Shown here: positions 14,208 through 25,358 of the stretch, piece by piece
Layout: each line of letters starts with the position of its first letter
Numbering within the stretch: position 1 is the stretch's first letter
The notes under the pieces: model-generated
Told to the model about the DNA's origin: nothing
The model's database searches: none
What the model saw: only the letters and a program-made list of their open reading frames with translations
Program-made: the position numbers and the translations under genes
Source: Octopus vulgaris
Lineage: Eukaryota
Length of the DNA: 64,000 nt
Assembly (NCBI GenBank): GCA_951406725.2
Contig: OX597822.1
Location: 110,732,001-110,796,000 of the forward strand
Reading direction: 5' to 3'

Positions 14208-15246
14208 GTTTACTCTTTTGTTTCAGTCATTTGACAGCGCATGCTGGAGCACTGCCTTTAGTCGAAAAAAAATCGATCCCGGGTCATATTCTTTGTAAGC
14301 CTAGTACTTATTCTATCAGTCTCTTTTGCCCAACCGCTAATTTACGGGAACGAATACACACCAGCATCGGTTCTTAAGCGATTGAGGGGGACAAACACAG
14401 ACGCACAAACACACACACACACACATACACACACAAACACAAACACACACAAAAGTAATGCCATTTTGTGTAGGATATGTATAATTACCAAGACAGGAAC
14501 ATGTATCATACATCAAAATGAAGCTGGCCCTCTGTGGATCACATCTCTACTTCTCAACATGGTCGCCGTTTCTCTCAATAGCAATGTTCCACCTGCGAAT
14601 GAGAGCATGCAAAGCTGCCCTGTAAAATTCTTTTCACTGTTCTTTGAGCCACTTCTTTACTACAGTTTTCACTTCCTCGTCACCGGAGTAATGTTTGCCT
14701 CTCTAACCCTCTTTCATGGGACCGAGGCGATGAGAAAGATTCAGAAGGTGCTAAATCTGGTGAGTATCGGCAGGATTCACAGAAGCGGACGGACAGCCAG
14801 AGCGGGGTTTGTCGGCTACACTCACAGTTTCCACCTTTTCATCTTTCAGACGACGGACCCACCTGCATACCTTGCTATAATCTAAAGTATTCTCCTCAAT
14901 GACATTTTGTAATCGTCAATGAATGTTCACAGGGGATTCCTCCTCAGCAACAAGAAATTCAATCACTCCTCTTTGTTTTTGACGTAACCCTAAGGGGCAG
15001 CCAGTTTGAATGTTCCTTACCAGCCTAAAAACCTGAAAAGTAAGAAACAAAATATTTCAGAAATTTAATCATTTATAACTGGGAAATTTTCAGTTATTTT
15101 TATCAAACACTTTCAGTTCCGTCTATCAAATCCACTCACAAGGCTTCGGTCGGCCCGAGTGTATATTAGAAGACACTTGCCCAAGGTGCCATGGAGTGGG
15201 ACTGAACCTCGAACTATGTGTTTAGTAAGCAAGCTCTTACCACACA
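14208..15246 (-). mobile_element. Family B SINE interrupted by a mariner fragment
   Basis: 14208-14450 matches the 3' half and 15110-15246 matches the 5' half of the intact copy at 48393-48814. Confidence 0.8.
14451..15110 (-). mobile_element. Internally deleted, decayed mariner transposon
   Basis: Minus-strand translation LRQKQRGVIEFLVAEEESPVNIH*RLQNV...VCRWVRR...DKPRSGCP (HTH), then YSPDLAPSE and GKHYSGDEEVKTVVKKWLKEQ*KEFY...RWNIAIERNGDHVEK*. Confidence 0.85.
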
Positions 15247-15329
15247 TTTTGAGAGCGACCGAGCTCATTTTTAGTATTCTCGTTTGTGAGACAGTCAAAT
15301 TTATTTCAGATAATCTCATTTTAAAAATC

Positions 15330-15920
15330 ATCTCCGGTTAACCGTTGGTGTAGCGTTGTTTTTTGTCTGGATTGTTTTTTGTCGTATTAGACGCAACTCA
15401 TAGAGTTAAATATTTGTTCGATTGATTGTTAGTGTTCAAATTGTTGCTAGTGTTATTTTGAATTGCTGTTTTATCCCCTTGTGGGAAAAATGGAGAAAAC
15501 GCCAGCAGGTGGCCACAGTTATGCGGCTGCAACTGGAAAAGGGATACACGCGGAAAACGCTGGAAGCACGTGGAATAAAGGTTGAACCACGAAAAATGAA
15601 GGAATGCGAGAAACTGCAGGAAAGAGACAGAAATTCACTGAAATTAACGCCGTATGACACGAATGAGGGGGCCAAGATACTGAAGGCCACAAGAACCCAA
15701 AGAGTAAACTACTGGGGATATGGTATAGAGTTAACCGTTCAAGTAACAGTGGAAGACCTAAAGAGAATTGTCGAAGAAATAGTGCTGCCCGATGACGTAA
15801 GATTGAGAGTGGTGCTGGAAGGCAGGCCGTCAATATATGTTATACATGTGAGGAAAAGGGCCACATGAAGGCGAGGTGCCCCCAGATGGAACAACAGATA
15901 GAGCAGACGAGGACCAAGGT
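15330..15920 (+). pseudogene. Second, internally deleted copy of the zinc-knuckle ORF1-like element
   Basis: EGAKILKATRTQRVNYWG...EEIVLPDDVRLRVVLEGRP matches 10636-10800; intact knuckle CYTCEEKGHMKARCP at ~15838-15882. Confidence 0.7.
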
Positions 15921-17368
15921 ATTGATCAGTACTTTGTATCGAATGCGGTGAAGCTTAGATCAGGTGGTCTTATCCCTGAAAACTTGCACAAAATCTAAGC
16001 ATACATGTTAATCTTCCATCAATTACTTTTACTGTGAAATTACTTTATTGTACATGAATTCTGTGGCGAAAAGGATTAATCTCATAAACTCACCTTCCGG
16101 AAGAGATAGGATCTCCGATTTAATAACCCTACATTATTAATATTTTTGATGTTTAGCTGTGTTACATTCCTAGAAATAGACACTTTAGTTTTTAAAACTC
16201 CCCTCTAACTCCAATAGAAATTAGAAAATACATTCCTCGGAATATGTATTAAATTTTAGGAGGGGTATTAAACTTCCACTCAACCTAACTAAAATTGGTA
16301 TCTCTTAAACTTCACACACACACACACACACACACACATACTTAGTGAGAGAAAGATGAAAGAGAGAAGTTAAATTATATATTTCTGAGCTGAGGTTTAA
16401 TTTATATCAAATATATCAAAACAAAAATAAGAAACTAAAGAAAATAATGGAGAGAATGTCGTTTTGTAATGAAAAATAGAAAGAAACATTATATATATAT
16501 AGACTCTAGCCCAATATATACCTATATATATATATATATATATATATAGCAACCTCAATTAATTTTCACTTCTGCGGAAGAAGTACACTCTTCTAGGGGC
16601 ACGAGAAAAAAAAAACGATGCCAAAATTATTTTGCGAAGTTTCTAAACAAATAGAGAAAGAATTCATAACAAACTCCTTACAGATATTCAAAACCGGATT
16701 TAGCTAGAGAAACATAAGATATATTTTTAAACATTTCCGCTTGCTACAGTAATACAATCATAACACTGAAGTGGAGCAAATTACTACCCCAGCGTTGAAA
16801 GCTGTGAGTATTTTGTAAACAGCGAATTGTATAGTAATACATTAACCACGGGCGGATGTAGCATTAGAATAAGTTGTTAAATGCTTACGGGACTAAGTAT
16901 ATTGCTTCGTTTATCTCGTGCAATGTATGACAACACGAAAAAGAAATAATTCATTTGTCGATGAACAAGGAATTGTTTGTTTGGGGGGATTCAAGTTGAG
17001 AAATCGACCTAGAAATATTACTGGTATATATTTTCGAAACTAAAATGACGGGAATGCAAATAAAAACATATTTTGTAGAGAGATAACGAGAGAGATAGAC
17101 TGGCATTCAGAAATTCAAGACAGTGAGTTTTTTCTACCCAAGCCTTACAAATATAACAAGTAGTAAAGAATTTGGAACTGGGGTGTCGCTTTAGAGTCTC
17201 AGTGTCCTTTATATGTTTTTCAATGTTTAACTAAAGACATTTAATGTGAAACAATGTTTTCTTTTTCACCAAAGCTGTTGCCGGGTATTTATGTAAAAAC
17301 AGGTTAGATATTGTTTGGTCTGCAGTCACTTCAGTTTGAAAATTTCATATTAACTTACAATTAACAAT

Positions 17369-20168
17369 GCCGGTGGATTACTAGAATATTTAATATGCAA
17401 TGCAGTATCAGTACCAGTTCTTTGCATTCTGAGTTCAAATCCCACGTAGTATTCTACGTAGCCTTTCATCATCCTGAGACCCCAAAAATAAAATATTTAA
17501 GGCTAACGTTAATTAAAATAGTGTCATTGCGCCCATGTTAGAACGCATTATCTTAGAAGGAAGGGAATTTGGAGGCAGATGCCTCTCAATGTTATTAAAG
17601 TTGTGTTGAAATTTGAGCTGTACTCAATAAAAGGGCCAATGTCATATTGGTCTTAGGTTAGTTGCCTATATATTTGTGGCTTTGTATTATGTATGTGTGT
17701 CCTCGTGCATTCTGCTCGTAAAACCGGTTGCCAAATTTTGACACAATTTTGGTGGAGGAAGGAAGACGATTACATCGGTCCTGGTGCTCAATTGGTACTT
17801 ATTTTACAGACCATAGAAGCATGAACGCCAAAGTTGGTATCGGCAGAATTTGATCCCTGAACACGAAGACGGACGAAATGCAGCTGAACATTCTGCTCGG
17901 CATGATAACGATTCGGTCAGCTCACCGCCTTCATTTCTGCTCGTAATAATAATTCATTGGTTAAGGCGATGAACTGGCAGAAACGTTAGCACGCCGGGCA
18001 AAATGCTTAGCAATATTTGGTCTGCCGTTACGTTCTGAGTTCAAATTCCACCGAGGTCGACTTTGCCTTTCATCCTTTCGGGGTCGATTAAATAAGTACC
18101 AGATACGCACTGGGGTAGATATAATAGACTTAATCCGTTTGTCTGTCCTAGTTTGTCCCCTCTATGTTTAGCCACTTGTACGTAGTAAAGAAATAGGTAT
18201 TTCGTCTGCCGCTACGTTCTGAGTTCAAATTCCGCTGAGGTCGGCTTTGCCTTTGATCCTTTCCAGGTCGATACATTAATTACCAGTAAAACACTGGGGT
18301 CGATGTAATCGATTTATCCCCTCCTCCAAAATTGCCGTCCTTGTGACAGAACTTGAAACCAATATTAATTGATTGGTTACGGCGTCGAGCTGGCAGAATC
18401 GTTAGCATACTGGGCAAAACGTCTACCTGCACGTTCTGGGTTCAAATTACGCCGAGGTCGACTTCACCTATAATTCTTTCGGGGTTCGATAAATTAAGTA
18501 CCAGTTGAACACTGGGATCACTGTAGTCGACTGGCACCATGCCCCAAAATGCGTGGCCTTGTAACAAAATTTGAAACCAATATTGATTGATTGGTTTCTA
18601 CTATAGGCATAAGACCTGAAAATTTACGGGAGGCGTAAGTCGATTACGTCGACTCCAGTGCTTAAGTGGTACTTATTTTATCATCTCCGAAAGGAAGAAG
18701 GCAAAGTTGACTTCGGTGGAATTTGAACTCAGAACGTAGCGGCAGACGAAATACCGCTAAGAACCTCGCCCGGCGTGCTAACGTTTCTGCCAGTTAACAG
18801 CCTTAGCAATCAGTTAATATAATTTTTTACTCTCGGCACAATGCCCGGAATTTTTGGGGGAGTTGGCCAGTCGATCAGATCGACCCCACTACGCAACTGG
18901 TACTTAATTTATCGACCCCGAAAGAATGAAAGGCAAAGTCGACCTCGCCGAAATTTGAACTCAGTACATAAAGACGGACGAATTACCGCTAAGTATTTCG
19001 CCCGGCGTGCTAACGTTTCTGGCAGCCCGCCGCTTTGCAATCAGTTAATATTACGAACAGAATGAAGGCTGCGAGCTGGCAGGGCTGTTAGTTTGCCGGG
19101 TGAAATGCTGCAAAGCATTTAGTCCGACTTAATATTCTGACTTCAAATTTCGCCATGTCGACATTTCCTTTCATCCTTTCGTGGTCGATAAAATAAGTAC
19201 CAGTTCAACACTAGGGTCGTCGCAATCGACTTACTCCACTTCCCTGAACTTACTCACCTTGTCCCTAAATTCGAAACCAATATCAACTGATTGCTAAGGC
19301 GTGGAGCTGGCAGAATCGTTGGCAAGCCGGGCAAAATGTTTAGTGGTATTTCGTCCGTCTTTAAGATCTGAGTTCAAATTCTGCCGAGGTCGATTACCCT
19401 TCCATCAACTTGGGGTTGATAAAATAAGTACCACTTAAGCACTGGGATTGATGTAATTGACTTAATCCCTTCCTGAGAAATCACTGGTTTTGTGCCAAGC
19501 TTTGAACCCTATATCTATTTATTATCCTAGTTATACACTGGGATCGATGTAATCGACTTGACCCCTGCCCCAAAATTGCTGGTCTTAGCCAAAATTTGAA
19601 ATCCCTATTAATTAATTGCGGAATGCGGTGAGCTAGGAAAATATTTACTGCGTCGGAGAATGCTTAGCGGCATTTCTTCCGAATCAACATCCTGAGCTTA
19701 AATTCTGCCTTGGTCGACCTTGCCTTTTAACCTTCAGGATAAAATAAGTTCTTGTTGAATACTGGGTTCCATGTAATAGACTTACACATTCTACCGAAAA
19801 TGGTAGCCTTATGCTTAAATTTTAAAGCAATACTCCAGTAAACAACTGGTACTTAATTTATCGACCCCAAAAGGATGAAAGGCAAAGTCGACCTTAGCGG
19901 AATTTGAACTCAGAACATAAAGACAGACCGAATACCTATTTCTTTACTACCCACAAGGGGCTAAACACAGAGAGGACAAACAAGAACAGATAAACGGATT
20001 TAGTCGGTTATATTGACCCCAGTGCGTAATTGGTACTTAATTTATCGACCCCGAAAGGATGAAAGGCAAAGTCGACCTCGCCGGAATTTGAACTCAGAGC
20101 GAAACGGCAGACGAAATACCGCTAAGCATTTTAACCGGCGTGCAAATGATTCTGCTAAATTGCCGCCT
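17369..20168. mobile_element. Dense cluster of ~10-12 family C SINE units in mixed orientation
   Basis: Units at about 17369(+), 17725-17931(-), 17964-18360(+, dimer), 18380-18580(+), 18595-18805(-), 18825-19033(-), 19066-19280(+), 19297-19610(+), 19624-19830(+), 19836-20168(-, dimer). The core GGTCGACTTTGCCTTTCATCCTTTCGGGGTCGATAAA..AAGTACCAG resembles, from memory, the MetaSINE central domain. Confidence 0.88.
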
Positions 20169-21107
20169 TAATATTATTAATAATAATGATGATAATAATC
20201 CTAATGCAGTACCAGGCACTGGCTTTCTGATCTTAACTGATTGGAGGTGGTAGCATTAACGGGATTTGTTTTGGTATAAAAGATGGGCTACATCAAATCT
20301 TCTGCTCAATACATAAGATTTAATTGTCAGTTACTTGACCTAACCAGTTGAGCATGTCCCCTAGTGGTTGACGGTATGTTCATCCCTGATCATGACCAGA
20401 GATACTGGGGGAGCATCATAGCCATGTGTTGAGAGGAATTCTTTGAGGTTTGAATAATTCATCTCTGCAAACATAGGTGTTTCACTGAGCTTCCTTAATC
20501 CATATTCATGGACCTTTTGATCGGGATGGACTACTCGACCTGAAGAAAATTGTAACTGGGCCCCACCGGCAAGGTTTTGCGTCGGTTATCTTGATACTAG
20601 ATCAACATGTCATGCACATAGACTTTTGATGCATGTGCGTGGTGTCCTTATAAGACGGGTAGTCAAGATGGGTATACTGGGCTTCGTATATTTACCCCAG
20701 TTTCTGCTCTCTTTCACACAAAAAAGTAATAATCACGTAATATAAATAAAATATTAAATGTTTTCTTGCTTGACTTTTGGCCTACGATATATATAAAGCT
20801 ATACAAGTGTACATTTTGTAAAATAAACTTAGTCTATACATATATACAACACGTAATGGGAGATTAATTAGAATTACTCTGTTCTGGTGCTGATTCAATT
20901 TCGTCTGCCACAAACAGGTGTTTTTTTGGCAAACGTAATCTGAACATTATCGCCATTGAATTTCTTTGTAATTTCCTTTAAAATATGTGATTAATGGAAT
21001 GCAAATTAAACTTGTACTAACGATATAATAGTAAAATAATTAACTCAGTAACAATATATATGCTTGTGTGTGTATGTGCGTGTATGTGTATGCATATGAT
21101 TATATGC

Positions 21108-21155
<48 letters not shown>

Positions 21156-21249
21156 CGGGAAGCTTTATGAAAATAAAAAAAGACGAAGGCAGGTGGAATA
21201 CAAACAAACAATTGTATTAGTATGGCGCTCAGGAATATTAATAAAACAA

Positions 21250-21289
21250 GTCTTTTACGTTTCGAACCTACGCTCTTCAACAGAAAGAT
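21250..21289 (-). ncRNA. Minimal type-I hammerhead-like motif (variant core) in a PLE-type 3' end
   Basis: Minus strand: TCTTT-CTGTTGA-A-GAGC-GTAG-GTTC-GAAA-CG-TA-AAAGA; stem I TCTTT/AAAGA. Confidence 0.5.
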
Positions 21290-21545
21290 ACACAGAAAAG
21301 AAACACAGAAAGAAACAAGGAGAGAAAAAAATGCGTGCAGAGGCTGGCGAATCAACATGGCGATCTGATTTCGGCCAGAAGTCAAAGATCAAACGTGAGA
21401 CGCATGAGCGAAATTAGGGGAGATAATAGGGTTAAATGACCTCGCCCCAACATAAGAGTGTGTGTGTGTATGAGAGAGTATGTAGTGCGTATGAGAGGTC
21501 TGGACGTGTGTATGTGTGTGTGTGTGTCTGTATGTGTATATGTGT

Positions 21546-21600
21546 AATGGCGATGCCCTAGCATGGCCGCATCCTCAAGGTTGAAACATATAAAAGAAAA
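21546..21600 (+). mobile_element. Isolated CR1-type 3' tail (extremely truncated LINE/SINE insertion)
   Basis: AATGGCGATGCCCTAGCATGGCCGCA...TGAAAC resembles the LINE end at 61821-61862. Confidence 0.6.
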
Positions 21601-22233
21601 CAGAACATGTATATGTATATATATTATATGTATATATGTGTATATATATATATCTATATATATGCATATATTCAATTTTTGGGGATTAATCGATATGCGT
21701 GTATTTTATTTCAGATAATACAAAAATTAACCTAATGAGTATATATGAAAGTAAACTCATGGTATCAGTTTGTGTAACACGACATAATAATTTTAAAAAT
21801 TAAAAAGGAATATCCCAACGCTATCAGGCCTTTAAAAATCCCAATTTATGTAAGTCTACAGGCTTAAGTAAATATATATGGGAATTAGAATCTAGAAAAA
21901 GAGAGTACACCTTTAATTGGAGTATTGTAAGTAGAGCCCACTCCTATAATATGGAGAATAAAATGTGTTTATTATGCATAACAGAATTTATGAAACTACT
22001 ACTGTCTAGAGATGAATTATTAAACACATATGAGGAACGATGAGTTAAATGTAGGCACCGAAGTAATTTTACATTTAGTTAAATGAAGTACTGAAACCCC
22101 AACCCCTGAATCAAATAACCACATAATTTTATTTCAAAGCACTTGAATAGACTATATAAATTATAAAAAATAATGCAATAATTTAAATAAATATAAAATC
22201 CGTTAGATTCACTTCAACATTTAAATTTAACTT

Positions 22234-22331
22234 GTCAAAATATTTTTGTCGCTTTCAGACCGCGACCTGTTCACTGACAAAATTTTGTCATTGAACAGGT
22301 CGCGGTCTCAAAGAGACAAAAATATTTTGAC
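22234..22331. repeat. 98-bp spacerless palindrome of hammerhead-like units
   Basis: Arms 22234-22282 and 22283-22331 are reverse complements with about 3 mismatches. Confidence 0.9.
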
Positions 22332-22659
22332 CACTGTTGGCGAATTAGTGTGATTTTTATGCGAAGAGGGTGATTTTTGTGCGAAGAAGGTGAGAACTGT
22401 TGTTGTTTTTTTGAAGCGTCTCGTACGTGTTGTTACTAGCTAATGTGGCTGACGGCACTCCAATTGCCAGCCCCCCCCCAGTCTAGGTCTCTTTTGAACC
22501 ATGTACCAATGTCCGTTAAGGACGTTAACTGCGGAAGAACCGGACGTGCGGTGATCACACCTATTCTCCATCCAGGTAAAGCCAGAGGTGTCTCAACCTT
22601 AACGCGAGTTTCCGCATATTCAGCCAAGTTATCCTTAGCCCGCCATTTAATGGTAACTG

Positions 22660-23410
22660 GCAGCAGATAGAGCGCTTCATCTTCTCTTTTCTTCATAATT
22701 GCAGTGGATAGTATGATTTTGGGGCAATTATCAATTAATAGATTTTTATTTAACTTGATCATTTCTTCGTGAACTAAATAAGCCATCCATACAGTTCACA
22801 ATGGAAAAGGTAAAAAGAAACAATCAGCTAACATTCTTGGACGTATTAATAACACGCACTAAATGTGGATTCAGGACATCCGTATACCGCAAGCTGACAT
22901 TCACTGGACAATACCTCAACTTCAATTCCCTCCATCTGTACTGTGTAAAGAGAGGGATTACTCGGCGCCTGAAAAATCGAGCAAAAAATATAAGTAGCGA
23001 TCGTGATACCCACCACGAAGAAATAATCAAGCTCAGTGAAAATTTATTAAGCAACCACTACTACAAAAACATACTATCCACTCCAATTATAAACAAAAGA
23101 GGGGATGAAACCAATAAACTGTACGCGGTCTGTCTACCATGTGTGGAAGGCCTCTGCGAAAAGATATGTGGCCCATATGACATCAGAAGAGTACTAAATA
23201 GTAATACAACACTTCGCAAATCCCCGCTTCGAGTAAAATCACCAATAGAAGAAAATATGACCAGACTGCTTGTACGCCATCCCATGCAGCTGTGGTAGGT
23301 TATACAAAGGTGAAACATGCCGCCCCTCAAAATACGGTTGACTAACATCGCAAAGCTGTGACACGAGGAGATATTGATAAATCGGGTATAGCTGATCATT
23401 AAGCTTGGTA
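22660..23410 (+). mobile_element. Penelope-like element fragment (RT thumb + GIY-YIG) with an inverted 5' segment
   Basis: PSIQFTMEK..NNQLTFLDVLITR...FRTSVYRKLTFTGQYLNFNS; frameshifted VYAIPCSCGRLYKGETCRPLKIRL...KSGIADH; 22660-22786 is an inverted diverged copy of ~23010-23135. Confidence 0.88.
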
Positions 23411-23485
23411 ACAACGGTAATAAAAATAACATACGCACACACACACACACACACACAGACAAAGTACACACACATACACATTATT

Positions 23486-24146
23486 ATAAATACGTGTTTA
23501 TATTTTTAGTTCCTACGCACGTTTCAACGTCCTGATTGCTTTAAATGATCCATGTACATTTGGATGCTTAACCAGTGCGAACCAACAGGGAACACATATT
23601 ACATGACGTTACAGAGAAATACTGTCTCACAGTTAATCGACCTCACTTTTATCATCTCTTTATTCATTTATAAGTTCATTACACTTGCATTAATCATGTA
23701 TATTTTTATCCGTTATTTTATATTAATGTTTAATTCTTTTCATATTTTCATGTTTTCCTTTATCCATGTTGTTCTCTAACTTTTTTTCTTCCCGTTTCAT
23801 TTTCATTTTCCTCTTTTCCTCTTCCCTTCTGTCTCTCTTTTCCTATCACTTTTCTCTTAATCTATTTGTCTTCTGTATTTTTTTTCACTCTTCTCCTTTT
23901 TCTCGTTTTTATTCAGTTATATTCTTTGTAGTCAATCGGTCTCCTATTTCTATCAAAATACGTATGAAATACGTCACTACCTACCCGAACCCTGACATTT
24001 GTTCTCTGTAACTTAATACAATAAAGTGTTTCCAGCTGATCCGTTCTGACTAAGCTTCCAAAAACACTTGGAACACCCAATATTGTGTTTAAATGCAACG
24101 ATAGTATGTAACGCGCGTAGAAACTAATAATTAAACATGCGTTTAT
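23486..24146. repeat. Diverged inverted repeat (arms ~23486-23618 and ~24002-24146) with hammerhead relics
   Basis: Left(-) TGAAACGTGCGTAGGAACTAAAAATATAAACACG vs right(+) TGTAACGCGCGTAGAAACTAATAATTAAACATG; both also share TTCTCTGTAAC and TAAGC.TCCAAA. Confidence 0.7.
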
Positions 24147-24591
24147 CTTTATTTATTCTACATCTCTTCACATAACTGGTAATATTTTACGAAATATTTT
24201 ATTAACTTAAGCCCCTTTTCTGGAATCAGCTCTAAACATATCAGTAGAGATGTCGAACATCTCTTTGTACACAAAATAACACACACACAGAGGCACGGAC
24301 GGACGGACACACACACACACACACACACGCGCACACACATATATTTATACATACAAAAATCTTTTATCTTTCACTTGTTACAGTCATGGAACTGCGGGAA
24401 TGTGTGTAATTTTTTTTTTCGAATGAAACTGAGTTTGTAGCGCGATTTGTGTTCCTGTTTCAATAAAAAATTTTCTCCGCTAAAAATATGTATTGAAATG
24501 CCTATCTCATTTGTCTGACACATAAATACACACGTGCGAATGCACACAAACACACACACACACACACATACATACACGCGCCCCCACCCCA

Positions 24592-24642
<51 letters not shown>

Positions 24643-24786
24643 TTTAACAATTATGATACAGAACTAAATTCATTTCTTAAATGTCTTGCTTTGAAAAACT
24701 GCATTTAGGTATGATTAGTATAATTTTGGTAGTAATGACTTTGTCCCTCTTAGTGTGAGGCATTTATGTGTAATAATGCCCTCTAT

Positions 24787-24824
<38 letters not shown>

Positions 24825-24825
24825 T

Positions 24826-25358
24826 ATATTAAAGGAAATAGAGAATTAGAATTAACATATTAAAAAATTATTTACGTTATAATATAATTATACTATGAAA
24901 ATATATAATATAATATATTATAATATAATATAAATAATTAAAACGAATATGAATCTAACACGTCATTTCGACTCATATCCACAAGAGAATTTTTTAAAAT
25001 TCGCATTTATGCATATCTGTCTTCCTATATGCGTAAAAAATAACGGACAAATTTTTTATGGAAGGACTGCTAAATCATAAAATAAATTGAATTAAAATAC
25101 ACCTATGTTTACAAGCATGATTTAGCACTCCTTGCATAAAATGTTTGCTTTTTGGGTAACCATTACCCCGAGGACACTCATATGCATAAATGTTAATTTT
25201 TATAAATTCACTGGTGGATATGAGTCGAAACAAATTGTTGGATTTATATTTGTTTTAATTATTTGTTATATCATATCTTTTTATAGTATAATTATATTAT
25301 ATTAAAATGTTAATAAATTTTTAACATGGCATTTGCATTTCTCTATTTTCTTGAATAT
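24826..25358. repeat. ~530-bp imperfect foldback element beside (TA)n, with hammerhead relics
   Basis: Symmetric blocks AAATAGAGAA/TTTCTCTATTT, TTTCGACTCATATCCAC/GTGGATATGAGTCGAAA, CATTTATGCATAT/ATATGCATAAATG, TGCTAAATCAT/ATGATTTAGCA. Confidence 0.85.

Noticed and set aside
21728-21764. CTAATGA-GTATATAT-GAAA-GTAAAC-TC minimal hammerhead-like string
   Set aside because: Core mismatch and weak stems in AT-rich DNA.
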